Shown here: positions 6,578-14,739 of the stretch, piece by piece
Layout of the letters: the number at the start of each line of letters is the position of its first letter
Numbering within the stretch: position 1 is the first letter of the stretch
The notes under the pieces: model-generated
Databases searched by the model: none
The model's input: the letters and a program-made list of their open reading frames with translations, nothing else
What the model was told of the DNA's origin: nothing
Virus record (IMG/VR): IMGVR_UViG_3300029514_000027
From: a virus
DNA: 17,889 nucleotides
Strand: one strand, 5' to 3'
Translations under genes and position numbers: made by a program

Positions 6578-6784
6578 ATGAAAATTAGTATTCCAACTTG
6601 GAGCACCCCAGTTTGTGAATGCGGTGAAAAGGCCGACGTTTATCTTTATGCTTTTGATTTAAAAGTTAGATGCCCTTATTGTGGCAAGGAAGCAAGTACA
6701 CATTATTCTACTGGTTTCTACAGGTTTAGCATTAGCGATTTCGTTGACCTTGTGGATGTAATAGGCAATAAAACAGACGAATAA
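6578..6784 (+). CDS. Small zinc-ribbon protein, paralog B (CxCG-x19-CPxCG), 68 aa
   Basis: AAGGAGG RBS is present. CECGEKADVYL...LKVRCPYCGKEASTHYSTGFYRFS aligns residue by residue with the upstream paralog. Confidence 0.7.
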   Translation: MKISIPTWSTPVCECGEKADVYLYAFDLKVRCPYCGKEASTHYSTGFYRFSISDFVDLVDVIGNKTDE

Positions 6785-6816
6785 AAATTACACCCCCTAC
6801 CATAAAGATAGGGGGT
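6783..6816. terminator. Strong hairpin terminator between the convergent operons (best on the - strand, possibly bidirectional)
   Basis: ACCCCCTA (6792-6799) pairs with TAGGGGGT (6809-6816). On the - strand the stem extends to 10 bp with one G-U pair and is followed by AATTTTTAT (reverse complement of 6781-6789). On the + strand it begins 8 nt after the stop codon of the last early gene. Confidence 0.75.
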
Positions 6817-6828
6817 ATAACTATATCT

Positions 6829-6853
6829 AAAACACCGCTTGCTGCTGCGCGGT
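6829..6853 (-). terminator. Weaker upstream hairpin plus U-run on the - strand
   Basis: On the - strand, ACCGC (6853-6849) pairs with GCGGT (6838-6834) around a 10-nt loop and is followed by GTTTT. It sits in tandem with the strong hairpin. Confidence 0.3.
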
Positions 6854-6935
6854 CGCTAATACCGATAACCATCGTCAAGCTGGTTTCACCCAGTAGCCTC
6901 TTGCCGTGGCACAACAGGGACGCGGTGCAGATACC

Positions 6936-8000
6936 TCAACAGGAGATTGTTTTAATAAGGGCTTCTTTGCTTTCAAGGTTCTTGAATCTGAATCTGCCCA
7001 TTTCAAACTGGTGTCTCAGTAGGGCAATTAGGCTATCATAACCGCCGCCGAGAATATAGTCAACATCGTGGTCGTCTGTGTTGACTGTGATTTTCATGGG
7101 GTGTGTATGGTCAACAGACGGCGAACAGTAAAGCATACTGCCAAACTTATTTGCTTCCGGGTATTCTCTCACGCCATACTCATTCCCGTGATATTTAATC
7201 GTGCATAGGTACACATTCTTGCCAGTCATTTCTTCGACAAACGCCTGATTATCACTAAGATATTTACCGCTATCGGAGAACCCAATGTATGCGGTTTTGC
7301 TGAACGCCTTAGAGAAACCGCTTTCGGCCTGCGCCTTTGCGGCGCTTTCATTGTAGCCCTGTTCCAGCACGAAACCATGTCCGCGCATGAACTTCACCTT
7401 ATCATTCAGTCTGCTGCTGATTCCCATAGCAGAGTAATACGGATTCAGAACAGTAACCGGGTTACTAATCATAATCACAGGCACGTATCTGCTTTGTTCT
7501 CCGCCGCCTCTTGCAATCGACTTGTGAATTGAAATAAACTTATTCATTTCATTGGGGCAGTACACCCCGGTTTCGCTTTGGAATTCATCGAACAACAGCA
7601 CGGTCGTGTCGTTAAGATAGTGTGAATATTTCTTCACCTGTTCGGCGGAGTTGAGTGCCACGGCATAACCGCAACACTCAGCCTCACCGCCGTCTTTTGC
7701 AAGCATCAAATGGACAAAGGCTTTGCTTTCAGACATTTGCTGCGTGAGCGTATACCCCGGAAAGAACAGTGCCCCAATTTCCTTGAAGAATTTGTCCGCG
7801 CAATCCTGCAATTCATACTTGTAGCGATAAATCAGGCAGAACTTTCCCTTGCCTCTAAGATACCTGCGTACAACATAGCGGTTGAACCATGTGGTTTTGC
7901 CCGCGCTTCGGTTGCTTGTACAGATATAGATTTCGGGCTTGTTCCCGTCAATGTCTAGCAGACTTAGCAGCTTTGTGCCATCATAATACTTGCTTTCCAT
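6936..8000 (-). CDS. DNA encapsidation (packaging) ATPase, phi29 gp16-like
   Basis: Walker A-like SNRSAGKTT, Walker B LLFDEFQSE and MISNPVTVLNPYY parallel phi29 gp16 (GARGIGKS, IVFDEF, CLSNAVSVVNPYF, from memory). It is the last gene of the structural operon, as in phi29. Confidence 0.9.
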   Translation of the reverse strand: MESKYYDGTKLLSLLDIDGNKPEIYICTSNRSAGKTTWFNRYVVRRYLRGKGKFCLIYRYKYELQDCADKFFKEIGALFFPGYTLTQQMSESKAFVHLMLAKDGGEAECCGYAVALNSAEQVKKYSHYLNDTTVLLFDEFQSETGVYCPNEMNKFISIHKSIARGGGEQSRYVPVIMISNPVTVLNPYYSAMGISSRLNDKVKFMRGHGFVLEQGYNESAAKAQAESGFSKAFSKTAYIGFSDSGKYLSDNQAFVEEMTGKNVYLCTIKYHGNEYGVREYPEANKFGSMLYCSPSVDHTHPMKITVNTDDHDVDYILGGGYDSLIALLRHQFEMGRFRFKNLESKEALIKTISC

Positions 8001-8006
8001 TTTGGC

Positions 8007-8723
8007 TTACTTCCTATCCATATAGCGCTTCATTACGACAAGCGCTCTAAGCAGAGTTTCATTCAGGTTAAGATCGCCATTACCTACACCACCAATAGCA
8101 CCGCAATCGCAGAGAGCCTTGATAGTATCTTTCCCCCAATCGGGAACTTCATTCAGATTGTGATAAACCATTTCATCTTCCTCACTTTCAGGTTTAGTTT
8201 CAGGTTCGTCTTTCTCATCAGCAAGCAGCGAATAATTCGGCACGCCGTACCCGCGCACGTAGCGGGAGTTGACAATCAAATTCCGTCTTCCAACAGCGTC
8301 GCCCTTGTTGCCCTCGATAACTGTGATATTATAGCCATTGCAGCTTTCTACAATACCAACATGGTCGGGCACTCCTGTACAGTCGCCGTGGCCGCTATCA
8401 TCCCAGTCGTAGAAGATAATGTCTCCCGGCTTCGGCACATAATCGTCTCGCTCTTCCCAGCAGTTGGCAAACATATATTTGGTAATCATCTCAGGGCAAG
8501 AGCACTCCGGGAATACAATGCGGGAAAATCCCGCAATGTACCCCATAGCACTGACGAATGTAGCACACCATGCGTCGCTGTACTGCACTTTGTAGCCTCT
8601 GGGTCTAGGCTGGTTTTTGTTGTAGATATCAATAATTTCCTGCTTCTGCCCGTTATAGCTATTTGCCCCCATATAGGCACGAGCAGTTGCAACGAGAAGT
8701 TCACGAAGGTCAGCAGTAGTCAT
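8007..8723 (-). CDS. Peptidoglycan hydrolase (CHAP/NlpC-P60-type) with acidic linker and C-terminal SLH-like wall-binding motif; probable endolysin
   Basis: Catalytic Cys context SDAWCATFVS and His context PDHVGIV...ITVIEGN are typical of CHAP domains. The linker is DEKDEPETKPESEEDE. The C-terminus VPDWGKDTIKALCDCGAIGGVGNGDLNLNETLLRALVVMKRY resembles an S-layer-homology repeat. It occupies the position of phi29 gp15. Confidence 0.8.
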   Translation of the reverse strand: MTTADLRELLVATARAYMGANSYNGQKQEIIDIYNKNQPRPRGYKVQYSDAWCATFVSAMGYIAGFSRIVFPECSCPEMITKYMFANCWEERDDYVPKPGDIIFYDWDDSGHGDCTGVPDHVGIVESCNGYNITVIEGNKGDAVGRRNLIVNSRYVRGYGVPNYSLLADEKDEPETKPESEEDEMVYHNLNEVPDWGKDTIKALCDCGAIGGVGNGDLNLNETLLRALVVMKRYMDRK

Positions 8724-8784
8724 GCATACTCATCTTCTTTCATAATAATCATGTTACCATCCATCCTTTTTGATAAGTTGTTAA

Positions 8785-11175
8785 TTAGTTAGAGCTAGGG
8801 TTATCAACTAGATACCACCCGCTAATCGTGGCATAGGACGTTAGAGCTCCCGGCGCGTCTTCGGTCAGGACTATGCCAAGCAAACCATTTTTGTTAAGAT
8901 AGGCGGGGGAAACCATAGAGTAGGGAGAAAGGCTGCTCGTGGACTGAACAAAGAATTGCGCAGGAAACCCAACCTCAATTTTGGGTAGAAGTGAGATTCC
9001 GTTAATCAGGGTAGAAACGTTCATGTCGATGCCTATAACACCTGCAATGTCAGCGTCCTCAAAGCCGCTCAGCGTCAAGCTAAAATAAACAGCATCAAGC
9101 CCCGGAAAATAGTATAAGTATTTGTCACTAATTGTAACCTTTCCGGATTTTGAAACAATTACCGTAGGCGACCACCGTTCTGACGCGTCGCTCCTCATGC
9201 CGCCAACCTTAATCTTAGAGCCATACACTGCGCCGTCTGCGAGTTTATCGTCAGTCACGGCCGCATTATCAATTTTTGACGTAGTCACAGCACTATCTGC
9301 GAGTTTATCGTCAGTCACGGCCGCATTATCAATTTTTGACGTAGTCACAGCACTATCCGCGAGTTTATCGTCAGTCACGGCCGCATTATCAATTTTTGAC
9401 GTAGTAACTGCGCCGTCTGCGAGTTTGGCATCAGTGACAGCCCTGTCCGCAAGTTTCTGTGTAGTCACAGCGCCATCTTCGAGAGAAACGGTCGATGGCT
9501 TTTGCATTTCCCACTTGTGGCCATTAACGGACAAAATCTTTCCACGGTCGGAGTCGTCCGGGTTCGGGCTTGGGAGATAGGACTCATACAAATACACAGT
9601 GGCAGAGCCAAGCTTAGTAATACTCAGCGTGACAGGAGAATTACCAACTGTACCTGTAAAAATATAGACACTGTCATTACCTGCTGACACATAGCCAGTA
9701 TTAAACGAAACAGACAAGCCGGTAGTGTTGTCGGGCAAAGTAATATTGAATTTCATCGGCTTGTTCGCCGCAAGGTTCGCAAGAATGGAATCAAAACTTT
9801 CGTCAAAAATAACCGTCCATTTTGTCGCGCCTTCTGACGCATCGTAGCCCAAGGATGTAACTTTGGTAGAAGTTACAGTAATGGGGTCAAATTCCTTCAC
9901 CCCATACTTCCATGCCGCGTCATTAACATGAGCAGAAAGCTCGATAATGCGAACAAGCATTTTATCGGAAGCCGTATCGTAATTGGACGTGACGAAAGTA
10001 AACGTCATGTGATTATCGCCGTACATATCAAATGTTCCGTTCCAGTAATCTGCATTATCGACTGTATCAATCAAGCGAACAGGCAAGTTCTGATAGTCCT
10101 TACCATGGAAACCATGGAAGTTATTATAATACCGCGCTACACTTGCGGGGTCGCAATCTTCGGCCGCTTCAATAATGTCTCCGGCCTTTCTAATAAACCG
10201 GAAACCTTCATATCTCTGAAAATCAAACAGTTCAGTGCCGAATGTTTCAATCTTCCACGTATTTGCATCCTTGTCACCGACAATATTTACTATATCAAAG
10301 ATTTCGCTAGGAACATAGTCGCGCCGTCCCGCGTGAGGGTCGGGCATAAAGGTAATTCTAACCTCACGTTTAGCCGTGGAATTGTCATAAACAGTCGCCA
10401 CGCTAGAGCCAAGTTCAAGCGCATTGTAATTCAGTCTAGCGTTTACGCCGACACAAAGTTTGCTTGTAACGCTAGCTGCATCGAACATCCTGATAAAGTC
10501 TGCTGGGGTGATATTAGCTGTTACAGTTTCACCGTCCGCTGTGGCAGTAAAATTAACAATACCCTCGGCAGAGGTATACGGGGTGTTAATCTCGATAATC
10601 TGCAAACCCCATTCCTCATCAAGAGAAGCCGCAGAAGCGGGCGGAATCGTGATTTTTGCAATTTTCTGACGAACGGCGTAGTCTCCTTCGCTGTCGTAAG
10701 CTGTACTGATAGGGACGATAATATTAAAGCCATCAAATGATGCATTTTCCCAATTTGGGGCATTATAGCCGCATGACGCAGCATATACTATATTACTACC
10801 TTCATCGGTGGTTTCCAATAGGGTAACAATCATGTCCCTATCTGTTACCCACTGACGCAATTCGTCTCTTTTCGGCATGGCTAGAACAGGCTTAGCCTTA
10901 TGCGGAGGCGTACCGGCAAAAGCCATGAAATGAATTTTTGCGTTTGTGCTTTCAACCTTTTTCAGGCGCTCATCAAGCGCAGCGTCTGCTGCCTGTCTAT
11001 CAGCGATTTCGTTCGTCAAACCCTCGTTAAGTTTATTAACTGCGTCGCCGGTGGTGTTAAGCTGACCAACTACCTTACAAAGGGTTTCGTAGTAACTCAT
11101 GCTTTCGTCATACACAAGCGGGAGAATGGGCTGGCAGTAAAATCTCATGGTATTCAACATATTAACTGTGTCCAT
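8785..11175 (-). CDS. Tail fibre / appendage (receptor-binding) protein, 796 aa, with decapeptide repeats
   Basis: This is the largest ORF and occupies the phi29 gp12 position between lower collar and lysin. It carries an N-terminal [22 protein letters not shown] motif plus a coiled-coil-like segment, and a run of (G/A)AVT(T/D)xK(L/I)(A/D)(D/N) repeats. AAGGAG RBS at 11181-11186. Confidence 0.8.
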   Translation of the reverse strand: MDTVNMLNTMRFYCQPILPLVYDESMSYYETLCKVVGQLNTTGDAVNKLNEGLTNEIADRQAADAALDERLKKVESTNAKIHFMAFAGTPPHKAKPVLAMPKRDELRQWVTDRDMIVTLLETTDEGSNIVYAASCGYNAPNWENASFDGFNIIVPISTAYDSEGDYAVRQKIAKITIPPASAASLDEEWGLQIIEINTPYTSAEGIVNFTATADGETVTANITPADFIRMFDAASVTSKLCVGVNARLNYNALELGSSVATVYDNSTAKREVRITFMPDPHAGRRDYVPSEIFDIVNIVGDKDANTWKIETFGTELFDFQRYEGFRFIRKAGDIIEAAEDCDPASVARYYNNFHGFHGKDYQNLPVRLIDTVDNADYWNGTFDMYGDNHMTFTFVTSNYDTASDKMLVRIIELSAHVNDAAWKYGVKEFDPITVTSTKVTSLGYDASEGATKWTVIFDESFDSILANLAANKPMKFNITLPDNTTGLSVSFNTGYVSAGNDSVYIFTGTVGNSPVTLSITKLGSATVYLYESYLPSPNPDDSDRGKILSVNGHKWEMQKPSTVSLEDGAVTTQKLADRAVTDAKLADGAVTTSKIDNAAVTDDKLADSAVTTSKIDNAAVTDDKLADSAVTTSKIDNAAVTDDKLADGAVYGSKIKVGGMRSDASERWSPTVIVSKSGKVTISDKYLYYFPGLDAVYFSLTLSGFEDADIAGVIGIDMNVSTLINGISLLPKIEVGFPAQFFVQSTSSLSPYSMVSPAYLNKNGLLGIVLTEDAPGALTSYATISGWYLVDNPSSN
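9229..9480. repeat. 60-bp tandem repeat array inside the tail fibre gene (3 near-identical copies plus degenerate flanks)
   Basis: 9241-9300, 9301-9360 and 9361-9420 are in register. Copies 1 and 2 differ at a single base, and copy 3 diverges only in its last 15 nt or so. 9421-9480 and 9229-9240 are degenerate copies. Confidence 0.95.
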
Positions 11176-11187
11176 AACTTCACTCCT

Positions 11188-11949
11188 TTACCATACGTTC
11201 ATAAATTCGGTTGAAAGTTCGCCAACCATTCTACGCTCAATATTGATAAGCGAACTAGCAACATCTTTCATAAGTTCAATTCTAGCCTTGCCGCCAGATT
11301 TACCTTTGATTGTCTCCGTGGTGTTGGCTTTTCTGTCAGACGTTTCATTATGCGATTCGGTGTTGTCGTTCTTCTGGTCAATCAATGCACGACGGGCATA
11401 GGACAGGTACGCCATGCCCGCAGCATCCTCAGCGGGTTTCACAGACACAAGGCCATTCTGCGGCGTGTCGCTGTCAAGGTTGTAATTATCAGCGGTAATA
11501 GTGTTGTTGTTTGTGCTGCCGCCAAGAGCCTTGTTGTTATAGTCACCTGTGAATGTACGTACAAGATCGGTGTCACCATACAACGCTTCAATGTCCTCAG
11601 CCGTAAAATCACGAATACTGTTGAACGTAGACTTAACAAGCTGTGTATAATACGGCGCAATTTCGGCGAGCTGCTCATTCATGTGGAACACCCAAAGTGC
11701 CGCCGTTTCCCAGCCGATTTCACGGGTATAATAGTGGGCAAGGATACGCTTACAAATATAATAGGTGGTAGGCCCATCAACAAATTCCCACGGAATGACG
11801 CAGCGCTTAAACGGTGAATCTTCTCTACCCGTGCTGCCAGTGGGGAACATTTTAGGAGCGGCAATGCCGATAATTTCGTCAATCGGTTTGGTAACATCAT
11901 CTACCAACGATTCACAAATGAATCTTACTTGCGTTGTGTATAAGCTCAT
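11188..11949 (-). CDS. Lower collar protein (phi29 gp11 position), 253 aa
   Basis: Its start overlaps the connector stop in an ATGA (11946-11949). The call rests mainly on synteny (connector, then lower collar, then appendage). I did not verify sequence motifs. Confidence 0.65.
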   Translation of the reverse strand: MSLYTTQVRFICESLVDDVTKPIDEIIGIAAPKMFPTGSTGREDSPFKRCVIPWEFVDGPTTYYICKRILAHYYTREIGWETAALWVFHMNEQLAEIAPYYTQLVKSTFNSIRDFTAEDIEALYGDTDLVRTFTGDYNNKALGGSTNNNTITADNYNLDSDTPQNGLVSVKPAEDAAGMAYLSYARRALIDQKNDNTESHNETSDRKANTTETIKGKSGGKARIELMKDVASSLINIERRMVGELSTEFMNVW

Positions 11950-12920
11950 TCTTTCGGTTCACCCCCGCCGTCAGAGTTCGGGTCAAGCCAGTCATTAACG
12001 GTGTTTCCATCGTCGTCGGAAATACCAGACGTATAAAGAGAATTAACAGAAACTTTAATATTAAGCCCGAACATTTTATTGATTTGCTCGGCGGCTTGCT
12101 GACGTGCTTCTAGCTTTGACATTCGGCAAGCGGATGTGCCAGCAGTTGCCTGTTGAATTTCGTCGGTAACAAGTCGCTCACGTTTGGAGATTGTAAGGTT
12201 CGGGACACCCTGCATTGACAGTGCTTCATTCCAAATTTCCCGTTTAAGGTCTTGAAGCTGCGCTGCCGTATAAGGTACTCCCGGATTAAGAACCTGAATG
12301 TTGTTGAGATTGAGGTCTTTGTCCCCAAAGATGATTGGGACATTCCCGTCGTACTGCATCATGAGGTTCTTAAACGTCAGGCGCTGAGATTCGGGACACG
12401 TCACGATAACCGGGGTTTTCTGCGCCGCTGCGTTAACATCAACATCGCGGTCAATATTTTCGAGGCGGTGTGCATAAACCCAAGCCTCATAAGCGGACGG
12501 AAGTCTAAGGCGGTTATTCCAGATAAGAACAGAATTGGTGTTGTCCAATTTCCATTGGTTCTTACCAACGCTTGAAGCGTATGCCACTCGGTTGATTGGT
12601 GTGTTGTACACATCAAACGGGCCATTCGCCATAACGCGCAAAGCAAGATAGCCTTGCTTGTCATAATCTTCCTTGCCCTCTAGTCGCGCTGCTTCTGAAA
12701 GAACATCATCTTTGAAGAAAACGGCACAGCCCGTAGAAAACAGGCACAACTCCAAAAAGCGCGGGTCAACGCTCGGCGGGAGATTTTCCCACGTGAACAA
12801 AGAGGTTGAAATTTCCGTTAGCTTGTTGAAGTAAAACTGATACCGGGTTGTGTTATCGTAGGCCGTTTCCCAAAACTGGCGCGAGTGAGAGCCTTTAGGG
12901 TTTCGGTATGGTTTACTCAA
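11946..12920 (-). CDS. Head-tail connector / portal (upper collar), phi29 gp10-like
   Basis: LFTWENLPPSVDPRFLE and NAAAQKTPVIVTCPESQRLTFKNLMMQYDGNVPIIFG parallel phi29 gp10 ([55 protein letters not shown], from memory). AGGTGA RBS is present. Confidence 0.9.
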   Translation of the reverse strand: MSKPYRNPKGSHSRQFWETAYDNTTRYQFYFNKLTEISTSLFTWENLPPSVDPRFLELCLFSTGCAVFFKDDVLSEAARLEGKEDYDKQGYLALRVMANGPFDVYNTPINRVAYASSVGKNQWKLDNTNSVLIWNNRLRLPSAYEAWVYAHRLENIDRDVDVNAAAQKTPVIVTCPESQRLTFKNLMMQYDGNVPIIFGDKDLNLNNIQVLNPGVPYTAAQLQDLKREIWNEALSMQGVPNLTISKRERLVTDEIQQATAGTSACRMSKLEARQQAAEQINKMFGLNIKVSVNSLYTSGISDDDGNTVNDWLDPNSDGGGEPKE

Positions 12921-12935
12921 ATTGTTATCACCTAC

Positions 12936-14660
12936 TTAAAGCGAGTTATCGAGCGAGTAGTTGCCTACGCGCGTAAACGGGTTTCCGGCAGACAGGTCAA
13001 TGCAGCGCCAGAAAGTAATACCGCGGTCATAAATCTGCACAAGCGCGGCGGTCGCGTCTGCGGGAGCACTGCCTGTAAGAGTACAGCCACAAGTCTTGAC
13101 GTAATTCCATGCTTTTCTGCCGTTGCGGTTAGGGACTTTAAGGCGGTTCGTCTTGTAACCGTACATGGAAAAGAAATCGTCGATGATTCGGGCAAACTGC
13201 CCTTTAATGCGGTAAGGCATATAGTGGAAGCCTTGATAACCCATAGCGCAAAACACGCTAGAGGACTGCTGACCGCGGGCATGATTTGGCTGAGTGGATG
13301 CTGTCTTAACCTGAGCAACCAAGTTGATTGTTTTACTTAGAACATCGCCAGAAGTAGCTGCATTTACTTCTGTCAAATTCTGCTGAGCCGCCATCTGATT
13401 GGCATAACCCCCAGCAAATTGTGAAACATTGCCGGCCTGAGCCGCTGCGCCAGTGGCGGCACTAGCCAAACCCGCGCCAGCAACTGCACCTGCAACTTGT
13501 TTAACGGTATCAATAGCAGTATTAGCAACTCCAGCAGCAATAGCATACTTGTTTTGCGCAATCCACGCCTTGAAAGTGTCAACATTCCACGCGCATTGCG
13601 GAAAACCGCCCATAATAAGCGATTCCTGAAAGTTTGTTGGAAGCCCTTTATAGTTAAGGGGTATAGACGCACATTCAAGATTGCCGTTTACTACGCCTAC
13701 AATGTTAAATGTTGGCTTCCTATTTGAGAAGTATTCATAAGCATAGTTCGCCGCATTGCCTTGAAGATTATCGACATACACCCCGCAAAATGGAGCAGTA
13801 TATAGTTTATTGTTTTTTGGCCTGTAGCCGTCAAACGTGCCGGTGAAAGCTGGAATAGAATCAACAGTATGCGGGACAAGGCCGGTAGCCAAATCGCCGG
13901 TAATTGACCAATTCATGAAAAACTTCGGGTACATCGTAATACTAACAATGCCGTCCGCTTTATTTGCTTTCGTAGCGGCCTCAATAATAGCGTTCGCTTT
14001 TTCAGTACAAGCTTTAGGGTTGGCTGGGTCATATTCGCAAAGATTCTTTGTCAGGCCGGTATAAATGCCACTATCCACGCCGCCGACGCCGCCGGTAGAA
14101 GCATCTTTAATGACCCACTTGTTATCTTCATAAACGGCTTTCCATGTAGCTAGAATACAAATTACATAATTAGTTTTTAAGAAAAGATTCGGAAAATAAT
14201 CAGCATCATACACATATTCGCCAAGTTCAAAAGATTCGGGGATGAGGTTGTCACCAATCGCGTCAGTCATGGCATGCTCACGCTCAACAAAGCACTGCTC
14301 AACATTAACGTCGAACAAATACGTCTGCATGGGGTCAATCGTATAGTAAATGCGCGAAGTGGTATTACTGATATATTCAACCTGCGTAATGAACGCATAA
14401 AACCATTTTTCTCCATAACCGGTATTACGGAACATCAGGTAATTGCAGCCGAGCAGTTCATCGACAGTTTTGTCCAAGGTAATGTATGGCCTAGGATAAC
14501 GCTGATATGAAACTTTATCAAAATAAAAAGCAAGCGCATACGTAGTAAACGCCGTAGCTTGCTGATCTGCGCTATCAAACCAAATGGTGTGGTCGAATGA
14601 CGGTTCAAGAGGGACATTCTTTAGAATGAATACCTCCGAGTTTGGAACAATCATCGACAT
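12936..14660 (-). CDS. Tail knob protein, phi29 gp9-like (574 aa)
   Basis: YLMFRNTGYGEKWFYAFITQVEY...CFVEREH and the C-terminal FFSMYGYKTNRLKVPNRNGRKAWNYVKT...GITFW parallel phi29 gp9 ([50 protein letters not shown]; GITLW, from memory). The start is set at ATG 14660 after AGGCAGGTGA. The ORF-track GTG at 14705 lacks an RBS. Confidence 0.9.
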   Translation of the reverse strand: MSMIVPNSEVFILKNVPLEPSFDHTIWFDSADQQATAFTTYALAFYFDKVSYQRYPRPYITLDKTVDELLGCNYLMFRNTGYGEKWFYAFITQVEYISNTTSRIYYTIDPMQTYLFDVNVEQCFVEREHAMTDAIGDNLIPESFELGEYVYDADYFPNLFLKTNYVICILATWKAVYEDNKWVIKDASTGGVGGVDSGIYTGLTKNLCEYDPANPKACTEKANAIIEAATKANKADGIVSITMYPKFFMNWSITGDLATGLVPHTVDSIPAFTGTFDGYRPKNNKLYTAPFCGVYVDNLQGNAANYAYEYFSNRKPTFNIVGVVNGNLECASIPLNYKGLPTNFQESLIMGGFPQCAWNVDTFKAWIAQNKYAIAAGVANTAIDTVKQVAGAVAGAGLASAATGAAAQAGNVSQFAGGYANQMAAQQNLTEVNAATSGDVLSKTINLVAQVKTASTQPNHARGQQSSSVFCAMGYQGFHYMPYRIKGQFARIIDDFFSMYGYKTNRLKVPNRNGRKAWNYVKTCGCTLTGSAPADATAALVQIYDRGITFWRCIDLSAGNPFTRVGNYSLDNSL

Positions 14661-14739
14661 AGAATCACCTGCCTTTAAAAAATTCCCGCCTACCCGCCCG
14701 ACCACTATTTAACGCCGTGGCCATTCGTCTGTAACTTAG

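Noticed and set aside
8160-8792. 210-aa ORF on the + strand
   Set aside because: It is antisense to the CHAP lysin, which has clear catalytic motifs, so it is a shadow ORF.
9229-9480. Tandem repeats as a possible CRISPR array
   Set aside because: The repeats are directly adjacent with no spacers, sit in frame inside a structural gene, and encode a coherent peptide repeat.
9122-9580. 152-aa + strand ORF with a repeated [19 protein letters not shown] sequence
   Set aside because: It is an artefact of the 60-bp tandem repeats, which keep the opposite strand open. The - strand frame is continuous with a long, well-supported tail fibre ORF.
9928-10740. 270-aa ORF on the + strand, plus 10460-10669 and 10900-11214
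   Set aside because: All are antisense to the 796-aa tail fibre gene, have no RBS and have implausible composition, so I take them as shadow ORFs.
12885-13340. + strand ORF (151 aa), and the - strand alternative-frame ORFs 12965-13318 and 13373-13678
   Set aside because: All overlap the gp9-like tail knob gene, whose frame is validated by conserved motifs at both ends.
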